A stretch of DNA of 61,503 bases, filler included, from a candidate division TA06 bacterium SM23_40 (lineage in GTDB: Bacteria; LJUI01; SM1-40), in the NCBI GenBank assembly GCA_001303705.1. It is 5 parts of 5 records of this genome, joined end to end, with 100 filler letters (N's around TTAATTAATTAA, not from the genome) between each part and the next. Parts side by side here need not be neighbours in the genome. Positions count along the whole stretch, not along the records: positions 1 to 10,644 come from LJUI01000083.1; 4 more parts are not named here. The stretch is one strand, 5' to 3'. Below are positions 1 through 10,744 of the stretch, in pieces; the first letter of the stretch is position 1; the number at the start of each line of letters is the position of its first letter. A program made the translations under genes and the position numbers. Under the pieces are notes generated by a model. It made no database searches. It worked only from the letters and a program-made list of their open reading frames with translations, and was not told where the DNA came from.

Positions 1-56
1 GCTGCTCCATCTCCATCGATATCCGCCCACACGTTTGGCGCCGCGGGGCCAGCGTG

Positions 57-182
57 CCGGGTCACAGCACCACCGTGCGGGGTCACAGCATCAGCGCCCG
101 GGGCCGCAGCATCAGCGCCCGGGGCCGCAGCATCAGCGCGAGGGGCCACAGCATCAGCGCCCGGGGCCGCAGCGAGGCCACC
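57..182. repeat. Six tandem 21-bp units (consensus CGGGGCCGCAGCATCAGCGCC)
   Basis: Units start at 57, 78, 99, 120, 141 and 162; they translate as (RG[HR]SISA)n on the + strand. Confidence 0.9.
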
Positions 183-833
183 GCCCGGGCGCGCCGATGC
201 TCCCATTCCTATAAGGAGAGCGGCCGAACTCACCATGACGATCGCTGAAATCAGGATCATTCTCCCATCAGATCTCCACCCGCAGTTCATCTCTCCCCTC
301 CTCGTATGGATATGTCGAGCACCTTCCAGTGCTGATCGATAACTCTTTTCCGTACTCCCGATCATTCACAGACCGGACCGGAGCGGTGCTGCCCACGGGC
401 CGGTCCACGGTCTCCCTCGGTCGGGCCGATGAAAATCGGCACAGGCTTGGGCCATCCCCCCCTACACGAGCATCCATTCCACACAGCCGCTGCCTCTGCC
501 GCCTTTGCTTCGTCATATTCCACCTGATGACCTGGTCAACTCAGAGCTCTCGTATCAGAACCCTCACAGAAGATACGGGCATCCCGCTTGACCTTTGCGT
601 CGCCCCAGTATATCGCAAGAAATCATCTGATGTCAAGCACTTCTGCTCGCCCCGCGTCCAGTCCGCTGGGGCACCCCGCGTACACGCACAAAAAAACCGC
701 TTTCTGCCCCGAGGAGGATGAGATATACTCACTCCTCGGGTGGCCGCCCCGCTCAGGATCGTGTAGCCGCGGTGTCCCGGCTCGCGTATCTGCGGATCCC
801 GGTCTACACTCATCTCGAGACAAGAGGTCAATC

Positions 834-1619
834 ATGTCCCACGTTATTCGCTTATGCCTCCTTCTCTCTATTGTCATTCCTGTCATTCACCTGCCTGCAG
901 ACGCCCTGGCCGATGAAGCGGACGACAGCCCGTCGGCCCGCCAGATCGTCGCGCGCGTCGACTCGGTCGCCAGAGCCGAATCGAGCGAGGGCATCATCCT
1001 CCAGACGATCACGACTACGGGCGGCGAGGAGAGAGAATTCAGAATCAGAGTCTTCACGAAAGATGGGAACGATAAGATGCTCTTCCGATACCTCGAGCCG
1101 GCCCGGGTGGAAGGCGTGAGTTTCCTCATGCTCGACGACGGAAAAGACATCTGGTCCTACTTCCCCTCCACCGACCGTGTGCGCCACCTCGCCAGTCATG
1201 TGAAGCGACAGAAGATGATGGGGAGCGACTTCTCCTACGAGGATATGGGATCATCGAGCTCGTTCGCCGCCGACTACGATGCCACGCTCGCAGGGACAGA
1301 GGATTGCGAGGGCAACGTCTGCTATCACCTCACCCTCACGCCGTACGATTCCGATTGCGCGTACAGCAGGGTCGAGATCTGGGCTGATACCTCACTCTAC
1401 GTCCCCCTGCGGGTCGACTACTACGATGATGACGGAGAGCTGCTCAAACGCCTCCTGGTCGCCGACATCCGGATCATCGATGCACACCCGACCCCGATGC
1501 ACTATGTGATGACGAATCTGCAAGATGACTCCCGGACCACGATGCGCATCGTCGAGATCGAATACGACATCGATCTACCCGATGCGCAGTTCACCACGAG
1601 CGAACTGAAGAAGCGATAG
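834..1619 (+). CDS. Outer membrane lipoprotein-sorting (LolA-like) protein
   Basis: Signal peptide; motifs YLEPARVEGVSFL, WSYFPS, MMGSDFSYED, YYDDDGELLK; GAGG RBS before ATG 834. Confidence 0.85.
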   Translation: MSHVIRLCLLLSIVIPVIHLPADALADEADDSPSARQIVARVDSVARAESSEGIILQTITTTGGEEREFRIRVFTKDGNDKMLFRYLEPARVEGVSFLMLDDGKDIWSYFPSTDRVRHLASHVKRQKMMGSDFSYEDMGSSSSFAADYDATLAGTEDCEGNVCYHLTLTPYDSDCAYSRVEIWADTSLYVPLRVDYYDDDGELLKRLLVADIRIIDAHPTPMHYVMTNLQDDSRTTMRIVEIEYDIDLPDAQFTTSELKKR

Positions 1620-1626
1620 CCGGCCG

Positions 1627-2802
1627 ATGGGACTGGAATCGATGTGTCGCCTCGTCGTTACAGTTACACTTGCTACTCTCCTACTTCTGCCACGCGCCTG
1701 GGGGATCGGGCCGGAACTGAGCGGATACTACCAGTACCAGCTCAGGGCAGGAGCCATCGACAGAGAGGCCTACGTTCAGGACTACAACAGACTGCGTCTC
1801 GACATCTCCGCCCAGGCCGGCGAACGTGCATCGTTCCGCGGCGACTACGTGTACCAGACCTTCAATGGGAGGACGGCCCTCCCCCTCGACGAACTTCTGC
1901 CCCCTGCCATCTTTGAACAACTCCCCCCTGATGCGCCCTCCGCGTATGAGTTCGAGAACGAGCACTACCTGGACAACGCGTTCCTCTCCTTCTATGCGGG
2001 ACGGTTCATGATCAGAGTCGGCAAGCAGCAGCTCCCCTGGGGTACGGGATACGCCTGGAATCCGACCGACCTATTCAACGTGAAGTCTCTCGTCGAGCCC
2101 ACTTATGAGAAGCGGGGCGTCGATGCCGGAGCCATCGAAATTCCCTTCCACACTGCCGGTTCGATCCGGGCTGTCTTCGCCCCTCACGGAACGATCGAGC
2201 AAACTGCCCGCCTCCTCAGGATCGGCGAGCACTTCGGCCGGTATGACATCTCGGCAACGATCGGCCAACTCCACGAGGAGCGCCGGAACTTCCTCACAGG
2301 CACCACCTCTGCCGAGCGCAGGCGCCTGCTCGGTGGGGACTTCGCGGGAGAGCTCTTCGGCCTGGGAGTCTGGGGGGAAGGTGCATATAACGACTGGGAG
2401 CGCTCAGATGACTACGCCCAGCTCGTGCTGGGCGTCGACTACACGCTGGAGAACGGAACGTATCTCCTCGGAGAGTACTACTGGAGTGAGCGCGGACGCT
2501 TACGCAGGGAGGACTATACCGTTCAGGAGTGGCTGGAGCTCCTCTTCGGCGGGCGCAAGAGCCTGGCCCGGAACTACCTGTTTCTCTACACCTCCTATCC
2601 CCTCACTGAACTCATCGACCTCTCGGCCTACGGCGTGGGAAACCTCGATGACCGGAGCCTGGTCCTCATCCCCTCGCTGAGCTACAACATCGCTGAGAAC
2701 GTTGACCTCCTGTTCAATCTCAACCTCTTTTCGGGAGATGAAGCATCCGAATTCGGCAGCGCCGATCACCTCGGCTTCCTCCGCGTCACCGCCTACTTCT
2801 AG
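1627..2802 (+). CDS. Putative outer-membrane beta-barrel protein
   Basis: Signal peptide; RVGKQQLPWG..WNPTDLFN motif; C-terminal aromatic RVTAYF; follows the LolA-like gene. Confidence 0.7.
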   Translation: MGLESMCRLVVTVTLATLLLLPRAWGIGPELSGYYQYQLRAGAIDREAYVQDYNRLRLDISAQAGERASFRGDYVYQTFNGRTALPLDELLPPAIFEQLPPDAPSAYEFENEHYLDNAFLSFYAGRFMIRVGKQQLPWGTGYAWNPTDLFNVKSLVEPTYEKRGVDAGAIEIPFHTAGSIRAVFAPHGTIEQTARLLRIGEHFGRYDISATIGQLHEERRNFLTGTTSAERRRLLGGDFAGELFGLGVWGEGAYNDWERSDDYAQLVLGVDYTLENGTYLLGEYYWSERGRLRREDYTVQEWLELLFGGRKSLARNYLFLYTSYPLTELIDLSAYGVGNLDDRSLVLIPSLSYNIAENVDLLFNLNLFSGDEASEFGSADHLGFLRVTAYF

Positions 2803-3012
2803 TGAATCGGGCCGGCCTTCCCCTCCCTGTGGAATCCAATGCCTCCGCATCCGCTGCACGCGCCGCCCCATCTCTGTCGAAGGCGCCGCCTCCTCCTTGA
2901 CCCTTAGATTATCCGGACGGCCGCTGCGATTGCTTCTCGCGCTAACTGGTGGACACCTCACTCGACCATCACCGTGATCGTATCGTCGGGGGCGAGACCG
3001 CAGGCACGGCCT

Positions 3013-3927
3013 CTACACGCCACTCAGAAACCTCTGGGCTTCGAGGGCGGCCATGACACCATACCCGCATGCGGTAGCAACCTGGCGGTAGCGGCTGTCG
3101 TGGATATCGCCCGCACCGAAGACCCCCGGTATGTTTGTACGCTGGCGTGAATCGACGATGAGGTGGCCGGTCTCGTCGACGTCGAGCTGGCCCTTGAACA
3201 GGTCGGTATTCGGCACGAAGCCGATGAAGATGAATACCGCCGGTGTCTCGATGACACGCTCCTCTTGGGTCTTGACGTTCCTCAGTCTTGCACCCGTGAC
3301 CTGCTCATCCCCCACTATCTCCGTCACGACTGAGTCCCAGATGACGCTGACCTTGCCGGTGGCCATGGCCTTATTCTGTAATATCTTGTCGGCACGGAGC
3401 TCGTCGCGGCGGTGAACGATGTTCACGTGCTTCACGATGCGTGTGAGAAAGATGGCCTCGTCGAGGGCAGAGTTGCCCCCGCCGACGACGACCACATCCT
3501 GATCCTTGAAGAAGAATCCGTCGCAGGTGGCGCAATAGGAGACACCGCGGCCCACGAGCCTTTCCTCTCCAGGCACCCCGAGCCGACGGTACGACGCCCC
3601 GGCGGCCACTATCACCGATTTCGCCTGGTGGGTTTCGCCGTTCGCGGTGGTCACCTCGAACGGCTGCTCCGTGAACCGGACCTTGGCCACTACATCCTGC
3701 ACTATCTCCGTTCCGAACCGTTCGGCCTGGCGCCGCATCTGATCGGAGAGGTCGAACCCGCCGACGCTGTCGGCAAACCCGGGATAATTGTCGATCGTAT
3801 CCGTAAGCGCGATCTGTCCCCCCATCTCCTTGCCCGTGAACAGAAGCGGCGCGAGCCCAGCCCGCGCGCAGTAGATGCCGGCGGCATACCCGGCAGGACC
3901 GCCGCCGATAATGACTACCTCTCGCAT
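3013..3927 (-). CDS. trxB: Thioredoxin-disulfide reductase
   Basis: IIGGGPAG FAD motif, GVSYCATCDG redox CxxC, VVGGGNSA NADPH motif, GVFGAGD. Confidence 0.97.
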   Translation of the reverse strand: MREVVIIGGGPAGYAAGIYCARAGLAPLLFTGKEMGGQIALTDTIDNYPGFADSVGGFDLSDQMRRQAERFGTEIVQDVVAKVRFTEQPFEVTTANGETHQAKSVIVAAGASYRRLGVPGEERLVGRGVSYCATCDGFFFKDQDVVVVGGGNSALDEAIFLTRIVKHVNIVHRRDELRADKILQNKAMATGKVSVIWDSVVTEIVGDEQVTGARLRNVKTQEERVIETPAVFIFIGFVPNTDLFKGQLDVDETGHLIVDSRQRTNIPGVFGAGDIHDSRYRQVATACGYGVMAALEAQRFLSGV

Positions 3928-4076
3928 CTCTCCTCCCCATTTCCTACGGTACAACAGTGGTCTCGAGATCGTATGTCGCCCCCGACATCAGCCGGCCTTC
4001 CCCTCCGTCCTCAGGCTCTCTCACACTCCGTTTCGTACTGCTCTCGAGAAGCGGCCGGCATTCCGGGACTTTCTTC

Positions 4077-4736
4077 TCAGGTGAGCAGCGAGAGCTTCGC
4101 AGTGAGGGCGGTGGCCTTATGGGTGATCACATCCCACCTCCCCGTCTCCACAGCCCACGGGTCGATCAGCCCGCTGGCCACACCGACTGTGGAGACGCCA
4201 GCCCTGAAGTAGTCCAAGATGTTGTTGAGATTGACACCTCCCGTCGCCATCAGTTCGATGAACGGGAGCGGCACCTTGAGCGCGGCGATGTGGCTCGGCC
4301 CGCCGAACGAGGCGGCGGGGAATACCTCCACAAGCCTGGCCCCGAGCGCCCAGGCGGTGACGACTTCTGTCGGAGTGGCGGCCCCGGTCGACGCCAGCAC
4401 CCCGAACTCGGTCGCGGCATCGATGATGCGTCGGTCAGTGTGGGGGGAGACGACGAACTGAGCACCTGCCTCGATCGCCCCCTTCGCCAGCTTGGCGTTC
4501 ACAACGGTTCCCGCGCCTACCAGAACCCCCTCACGTCCCGCCAGCCGACGGATCGCACCCATCGCCCCCGGCATATTGACCGCTATCTCGATAGCGGTGA
4601 TGCCGCCGGAGATCGCGGCCGTAGCGATGTGCTCAGCCTCCTCCTCGCCCGCGGCCCGGATGATGGCAATGATCCTCCGCGCCTTGAGCTCGCGCAGCAC
4701 ATCCTCAGACCGCGTCTTCACCTGATGCATATCCAT
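4077..4736 (-). CDS. eda: KDPG/KHG aldolase family protein (Schiff-base Lys appears replaced by Glu)
   Basis: IIAIIR, GAGTV, AGAQFVVSP, GAATPTE, FPA, TGGVNLNN; reads LVEVFPA where the family has xVKxFPA. Confidence 0.85.
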   Translation of the reverse strand: MDMHQVKTRSEDVLRELKARRIIAIIRAAGEEEAEHIATAAISGGITAIEIAVNMPGAMGAIRRLAGREGVLVGAGTVVNAKLAKGAIEAGAQFVVSPHTDRRIIDAATEFGVLASTGAATPTEVVTAWALGARLVEVFPAASFGGPSHIAALKVPLPFIELMATGGVNLNNILDYFRAGVSTVGVASGLIDPWAVETGRWDVITHKATALTAKLSLLT

Positions 4737-4878
4737 TCTCCCTTCCATCGAGGATTCTATGGTTCAATCGGGCGGCCCCGACTCACCCCACAGCAATGCC
4801 GCGAACGCGGAGACTTCGGCCAGCGACGAAGCCCGGCCTCTCGCGCCTCCGGCATCGCGGGAATGTGATGGACAGCCC

Positions 4879-4907
4879 ATCCTATTCGCAACAACACACA
4901 GTGTCAA
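4879..4907 (-). promoter_or_regulatory. Sigma-70-type promoter for the eda-trxB direction
   Basis: TTGACA-17 nt-TAGGAT on the minus strand. Confidence 0.65.
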
Positions 4908-4960
4908 GGAGAAACCCACGGCCCCTCTTCCCCGACTCTGCCGACAGCCCCAAAAACCCT

Positions 4961-4989
4961 TTGACAAACCCCGACCGGCCTGCTATCCT
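4961..4989 (+). promoter_or_regulatory. Sigma-70-type promoter for the S55 protease gene cluster
   Basis: TTGACA-17 nt-TATCCT with extended TGn; divergent from the previous promoter. Confidence 0.65.
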
Positions 4990-5082
4990 CTCGGGCCAAG
5001 GAGGGTCGGTACCTCATTGAGCGGTCAGGGCAGAAACCTGACCCCAATCATTGTTGAAAGGCACGGCCCGAAGAAGGCACCC

Positions 5083-6945
5083 ATGAGTTCGTCCTTAGCG
5101 AAATCTGTCTCTCTCGCCCTGCTTCTGTCAATAGCACTTCCTGTTGCCGTCGTCCCAGCCCTCGAGCTCGATACCGAACGGTTCATGCCTCTGGAGGAAG
5201 TGCAGCCGGGCATGACGGGGGTTGGCCGAAGCGTATTCCAGGGGACGACGATTGAGGAGTTCGATGCCGAGATCATCAGCATCCTCAAGAACGCCTTCCC
5301 CAAGCATGACTTGATCCTCGCGCGCCTCTCGGGCGGCCCGATCGAGGAAGCGGGTGTCATCGCCGGAATGAGCGGGAGCCCTGTGTACATCGACGGCCGC
5401 ATGATCGGCGCGGTCGGCTACTCGTTCGGCCTCTTTCCCAAGGAACCGATCGCCGGTATCACCCCGATCGAACAGATGCTCGAGCTCTTCGAGCGCGAGG
5501 ATCGGTCAACCCACCCGCAACTGACGCGCCATGAGGAGACCTGGGAGGAATTGCTGGCCGGCTTTGTGTATTCCCGGGCATCGGAGCCCTCCCACACTGC
5601 CCGGTCTCTGGCCGAGACCGCCGCAATTCGTCACCCACTCCCCTCGGGCGGCGGCATCTCACCGGTCCGGACGCCACTCGTCCTCTCCGGGTTCGACGCC
5701 ACCGCCATCTCCGAGATGACCTCCCTCCTCGACAGATTCGGCTTCATACCCATCCAGGGTGGGGCGTATTCGGGCGAGGAGGCCGCCGAGATCCCGCTCG
5801 AACCCGGCGCAGTGCTCGGCGTCCAGCTCGTCGGCGGAGATGCCTCGGCATTCGCCATCGGCACACTCACCTATCGCGAGGGTGACCGTATCCTCGCTTT
5901 CGGTCATTCGATGTTCAACTCGGGCCAAGCTGCTGCGCCGATCACCAACGGATACGTACATCTGGTGCTCAAGAGCCTCTACGATTCGTACAAGATGGGC
6001 GCGCCTGTCGGGATCGTCGGCACCCTCGGCCAGGACCGCATCCCCGGCATCACCGGCAGGCTCGGCACAGAACCGGATCTCATCCCCTTCGACATCACGG
6101 TGGCATCGCCCGGCCTACCCGCCCCCGAAACGTTCCATCTCGAGATCTTCGACGACCCTATCTTCGCCCCCCAGTTCGTCAGATGGTCCCTTGCGAGTAT
6201 CGTCAGGACGACGAACAGGGGCCTGGGGAACATTACGCTCCATGCCGACACCGAGGTCGAGCTGCGGAGTGGTCAGACCCTCCACCTGGACAATATCTTC
6301 AGCGATCTGACAGCGATCGACGCCGCCGGGGAGGAACTGGGCACCTCGATCGCGCTCCTGATGCTCAATCCGCTGGAGAGAGCACAGATCGCCCGCATGC
6401 AGACGAGGGTCGCCATCGAGGAGACGCTCCGCACGGCATCGATTGAACGACTCCATCTCGAACAGACACGCGTTCATCCAGAGGAGGAGGTCGCACTCCA
6501 CATCTGGCTCAGGCCACATCTGGAGAGACCGATCCCCGTGCAGACCAGAATCGCCGTGCCCGCGGACGTCCCCGATGGGACCTATCAGCTCATCGTCTCC
6601 GATGCGGCGACGGCCCAGGCGATTGAGGTCCTCCGTGCGACCTGGCGGTTCATCCCGACCGAGTTCGACCAGCTACTTCACTTACTCGAAGATCAGGATA
6701 GAAACGACGAGATCATCCTCACTCTCATTCTGCCGCGGCCCGGCGCCGTCGTGAGAGGAGAGGAGCTGCCCCTGCTCCCGCCGTCCGTGCTCCACGTCAT
6801 GCAGCCCGAACTGGAGGCCGGCGAGGGGGGGATGACCGGTGGCAAGGTCGTCTTCCGAACCGACATCAGCACCGACTTCGTCATCACCGGAGCGAAGACG
6901 ATTCCGCTCACTGTCGATCGCTCGGAATCGTCTGTCAGGAAATGA
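5083..6945 (+). CDS. SpoIVB peptidase S55 domain protein
   Basis: Signal peptide; GMTGVGRSVFQG, IAGMSGSPVYIDGRMIGAV (catalytic Ser motif), TPIEQML, LAFGH. Confidence 0.9.
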   Translation: MSSSLAKSVSLALLLSIALPVAVVPALELDTERFMPLEEVQPGMTGVGRSVFQGTTIEEFDAEIISILKNAFPKHDLILARLSGGPIEEAGVIAGMSGSPVYIDGRMIGAVGYSFGLFPKEPIAGITPIEQMLELFEREDRSTHPQLTRHEETWEELLAGFVYSRASEPSHTARSLAETAAIRHPLPSGGGISPVRTPLVLSGFDATAISEMTSLLDRFGFIPIQGGAYSGEEAAEIPLEPGAVLGVQLVGGDASAFAIGTLTYREGDRILAFGHSMFNSGQAAAPITNGYVHLVLKSLYDSYKMGAPVGIVGTLGQDRIPGITGRLGTEPDLIPFDITVASPGLPAPETFHLEIFDDPIFAPQFVRWSLASIVRTTNRGLGNITLHADTEVELRSGQTLHLDNIFSDLTAIDAAGEELGTSIALLMLNPLERAQIARMQTRVAIEETLRTASIERLHLEQTRVHPEEEVALHIWLRPHLERPIPVQTRIAVPADVPDGTYQLIVSDAATAQAIEVLRATWRFIPTEFDQLLHLLEDQDRNDEIILTLILPRPGAVVRGEELPLLPPSVLHVMQPELEAGEGGMTGGKVVFRTDISTDFVITGAKTIPLTVDRSESSVRK

Positions 6946-7045
6946 GCAGCAGAGGGTCTGAGGGAGGCGCAATTACGAACCTCGGAAAGGAATCCGGGCG
7001 CAGACCAAGGCACGAATCGAATGAGATGCGGAACGGAGTGACGCA

Positions 7046-9295
7046 ATGAGCTATCATCCGGGCGGCCATCGACTGAAGCATCTGCTCGCAGTGACCGGTT
7101 GTACAACAATCGCAGCGCTCGTGGCCATTCCCTGCTGGGCGGCAACCACGTCGCGATGGGAGGTCGGTTCCCACGATGCGCTGGCCAAGGGCACGCCGAC
7201 TAATGTTTCGATCACCGCAGACGGAAAGGCCGTTCTTGCCCCCGAGCTGAGCCTGTGGGCAGAGTCGGGCGAGCAATATATCTGGTCCCTCGCACGCGAT
7301 TCGAAGGGCGTTCTGTACGTGGGAACGGGGAATGAGGGCAAGGTATTCAAGGTGGCTCGATCCGGGTCGTGCGAGCTTCTCTTCGACTCCGACGAGATCG
7401 CTGTCACCAGCCTGGCTCTCGACCGTCAGGGCAACCTCTTCTGCGGAACGATGCCGGAAGGCCTCATCTACCGCATCACCAGAGATGGCAAAGCCTCGAT
7501 CTTCTGGGACCTTGAGGAGAAGTATGTCTGGGCTCTCGCATTCGATGACAGGGGATCTCTGTATGCCGGGACAGGGGATGAAGGGAGACTGTACCGCGTC
7601 TCACGTACCGGAGATGCCGAACCGGTCTTCGACTCCGACGACCCACACATCATGGCAGTCCTCGTCGATGAACAGGGGAGGCTCTTCGCCGGCACCGAGG
7701 GGAGCGGGCTGGTGGTCAGGATCCCCCGAGACGGGGATGCATTCGTCATGTACGATGCCTCCGAACCGGAGACACGCGCACTTGCCCTCAGTGAGGGGAC
7801 TCTGTACGTGGGGACGACCTCGGGGGCGCCGGTACCTTCCGCTCCTGCAGCGGCACCATCAGAAGTGCTGACCCCGACGCAGCCCGCTGCGTCTTCGGAC
7901 GGCGGAACGGGGACTGAGCCCCAGGCCGCCAGGCGCGAGCCAACACCGTTTGCCCCGATCACTCCCGCAGCCCCCCGGCCCGGGGTTGCAGGCGTTCTCT
8001 ATCGTATTTCGCCCGATGGAGCGGTACGGCGCCTGTGGACCTCACCCGATGTCCTCCTCTCCCTCGCCCTCGATCGCAACCGCCGCCTCGTCATCGGTAC
8101 GGGCGGAGAGGGTAGACTCTGGCGTCTCGACGATGATGACGAAGTCTCTCTGCTGGCGAAATGCGACGCACCGAACATCATCAGCCTTCTCTCTACATCT
8201 GGCGGAGACATATATATCGGCACCGGCGATGACGGCCAACTGTACCGGCTGGCCCCCGAGTACGCGGCGACCGGCACGCTGGAGTCCGAGGTGAAGGACT
8301 GTGGGTCAGTGGCAGAGTGGGGGGTGATCACCTGGGAAGCGCTCATCCCCTCGGGAACGAATGTGACCCTGGCTACGCGCACGGGCAACACAGAGAAGCC
8401 GGACGACAACTGGAGCGACTGGTCGGCCGAGCTCCGGACCCCGACGGGAAAGAGAGTCGCGAGCCCTCCCGCACGATTCCTCCAGTGGCGGGCCACGCTC
8501 ACTTCATCGGATGCGCGCAGCTCGCCGGCACTCGATCGGGTGGAGGTGGCGTACCTGCAGCAGAACCTGGCCCCACAGGTCACCTCTGTCGAGGTGACCG
8601 AGCCTGACAAAGCCGACGAGCAGACCGGCCCCGCAGCGGGGGCGGCGGCGAGGCCCGTTCCGGCCTCGATCTCCACCTCCCCTCTGCTCTCGCCCTCAGG
8701 TGCAGGCGGCCGTAATGAACGCACAGCGAGCACCCTCCCGACGGTTCAGAAGACGAGGGCCATAACCTGGCGCGCAGAAGATCCCAACGGCGACAAGCTC
8801 GCGTACGATGTCTACTTCAAGGGACTCGAAGAGAAGGAGTGGAAGCGTCTCGAGGAGGATTTCTCGGGCACGTCGCTCACGCTCGACCCGCACGCGTTTC
8901 CCGACGGCGAGTACCGCATCAAAGTCGTAGCCACGGACAGTCCGGACAATCCCCGGCCGCTCGCACTCGAAGGCCATCGGGTCTCCGACCCGTTCGCCAT
9001 CGACAATACACCGCCGACGATCGGCGGACTCGCGGTCTCCGGATCGACCGCGGGCCAGCAGAAGGCGAAGGCCGAGGCAAAGGACGCCATGAGCCGCATT
9101 CGCGGGGCGGAATACTCGTGCGATGCCGGCCCCTGGCGTGCGGTCTTCCCCGTTGACCACATATTCGATACTTCGAAAGAGCAGTTTGAGTTCGACCTCC
9201 CGGACCTCGAGCCCGGCGAACATACGCTCGTTCTCAGGGCGATCGATGGTACCGGAAATATCGGGGCATCAAAGACTGTCTTTCACACGAGGTAG
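7046..9295 (+). CDS. Secreted beta-propeller protein with C-terminal FN3/Ig-like domains
   Basis: Repeated IWSLARDSKGVLYVGTGNEGKVF-like blades; TRTGNTEKPDDNWSDWS; WRAEDPNGDKLAY; IDNTPP. Confidence 0.8.
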   Translation: MSYHPGGHRLKHLLAVTGCTTIAALVAIPCWAATTSRWEVGSHDALAKGTPTNVSITADGKAVLAPELSLWAESGEQYIWSLARDSKGVLYVGTGNEGKVFKVARSGSCELLFDSDEIAVTSLALDRQGNLFCGTMPEGLIYRITRDGKASIFWDLEEKYVWALAFDDRGSLYAGTGDEGRLYRVSRTGDAEPVFDSDDPHIMAVLVDEQGRLFAGTEGSGLVVRIPRDGDAFVMYDASEPETRALALSEGTLYVGTTSGAPVPSAPAAAPSEVLTPTQPAASSDGGTGTEPQAARREPTPFAPITPAAPRPGVAGVLYRISPDGAVRRLWTSPDVLLSLALDRNRRLVIGTGGEGRLWRLDDDDEVSLLAKCDAPNIISLLSTSGGDIYIGTGDDGQLYRLAPEYAATGTLESEVKDCGSVAEWGVITWEALIPSGTNVTLATRTGNTEKPDDNWSDWSAELRTPTGKRVASPPARFLQWRATLTSSDARSSPALDRVEVAYLQQNLAPQVTSVEVTEPDKADEQTGPAAGAAARPVPASISTSPLLSPSGAGGRNERTASTLPTVQKTRAITWRAEDPNGDKLAYDVYFKGLEEKEWKRLEEDFSGTSLTLDPHAFPDGEYRIKVVATDSPDNPRPLALEGHRVSDPFAIDNTPPTIGGLAVSGSTAGQQKAKAEAKDAMSRIRGAEYSCDAGPWRAVFPVDHIFDTSKEQFEFDLPDLEPGEHTLVLRAIDGTGNIGASKTVFHTR

Positions 9296-9301
9296 AGGTA
9301 G

Positions 9302-10644
9302 ATGAGGTGCAAGCAGAGGCTCCGACTCGCCGGAATCGTCGCACTCTCGGCCGCGGCCGGGACACTGGCGGCGGGCACAGTCGGGCTCGGCATGGACGCC
9401 GACAACTCGTTCCCGGTCGGAATGACCGAAGTCGGCACGACCGAGGTCCGTGCCGATCCCTCTCTTCGATTCGCTCCCCAGATCCGGCTCGACCTTCGAG
9501 CAGCCGCGGGAATGATCGAGTCGATAGCCGCAGCAGCGGACAGCGAGGGGAACCTGTACGTGGCGTGGTGTGCTGCCGACGAAGTCCCCGGGATCTGGTG
9601 TGCCCGTCTTTCGCGCGGGGAGCGATCTTTCTCAGCTCCTGTTGCGGTCAGCGATGAGGCCCGGGATCCTGCCCTCGTGATCGACGACGAGGGGCGTCTC
9701 ATTCTCGCATACGTATCGAACGACTCGCTCATCGAGGCAGTTGTCTCAGAGGACGGCGGTAATCACTTTTCCGAGCCTCTCCAGATAGAGGGGGCCCGTT
9801 CGTCGAAGAAAGAACATCCCGCGCTCGCCGCGAGCGAGGGCCAGGTGTATGTCGCATGGCGCGACCTCGTCGACGGCGAGGCGACCGTCATGGTGGCCCG
9901 CGGCTCACTCCCGAACGGGCTGTTCCAACGACCCGTTGGTCTCGGATGGAACGCTGATGAGTACGGGTCGCTCGTTGCCTCACCCCAAGGGCCTGTCCAT
10001 CTCGTCTGGGAGACAAACGGCAGAATCCGACACACCTCCTCCCGGGATGGCGGGAGGACATTCATTGCAACCCTCCTGCCCTCGGAAGGGACTGATGCCG
10101 GACAGCCTGACATCGCCCTTAGCCCAGACGGATCGCTACTTGTATGCTGGAACCGTGACGGAACGATATTCCTCTCGCGGCGCTCACCCAATTCCGCATC
10201 GTTCTCCGCGCCAGTAAGAGTGAGCGATGAAGCTCCCTCCCTGGCCGCTGGCCCGGGCCCCGCTCAGCTGGCCGCTGATGAGGAGGATCGCGTCTTTGTC
10301 GCCTGGACGAGCCTCTGGGGGACCGATCGGGACATCACGATCGACTGTTCCCTGGACGGCGGTCTCTCGTTCGGCACTGACCAGCGTCCGGGCGAGCGCT
10401 CACAGAACCTCGCTGACCAGGTCCTCCCCGCGCTCGCCGTCGGTCCCGATGGGATGGTCTATGTGGCCTGGATCGACTGCAGCCGGGCCGAAGGCCAGTG
10501 CACATACCCCACGGCCTCCTGTCATGAGATATGTCTCACCTATGCCGCATTAGGCGATACGACGCCGCCGGGAGCTCCCGCTGATCTCAGGGTCTATCAG
10601 AAGACCGATCACAGCATTGCACTCCGCTGGATCGCCCCGGGAGA
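9302..10644 (+). CDS. Secreted BNR/Asp-box repeat protein entering an FN3 domain (3' truncated by contig end)
   Basis: Signal peptide; Asp-boxes SEDGGNHFS, SRDGGRTF, SLDGGLSFG; DTTPPGAPADL..LRWIAPG. Confidence 0.75.
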
Positions 10645-10744
10645 NNNNNNNNNNNNNNNNNNNNNNNNNNNNNNNNNNNNNNNNNNNNTTAATTAATTAA
10701 NNNNNNNNNNNNNNNNNNNNNNNNNNNNNNNNNNNNNNNNNNNN
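10645..10744. other. Artificial contig linker
   Basis: 44 N + TTAATTAATTAA + 44 N. Confidence 0.99.

Noticed and set aside
10645-10744. Repeated TTAATTAATTAA flanked by N-runs (four times)
   Set aside because: Artificial linker with stops in all frames; adjacency across it has no biological meaning.
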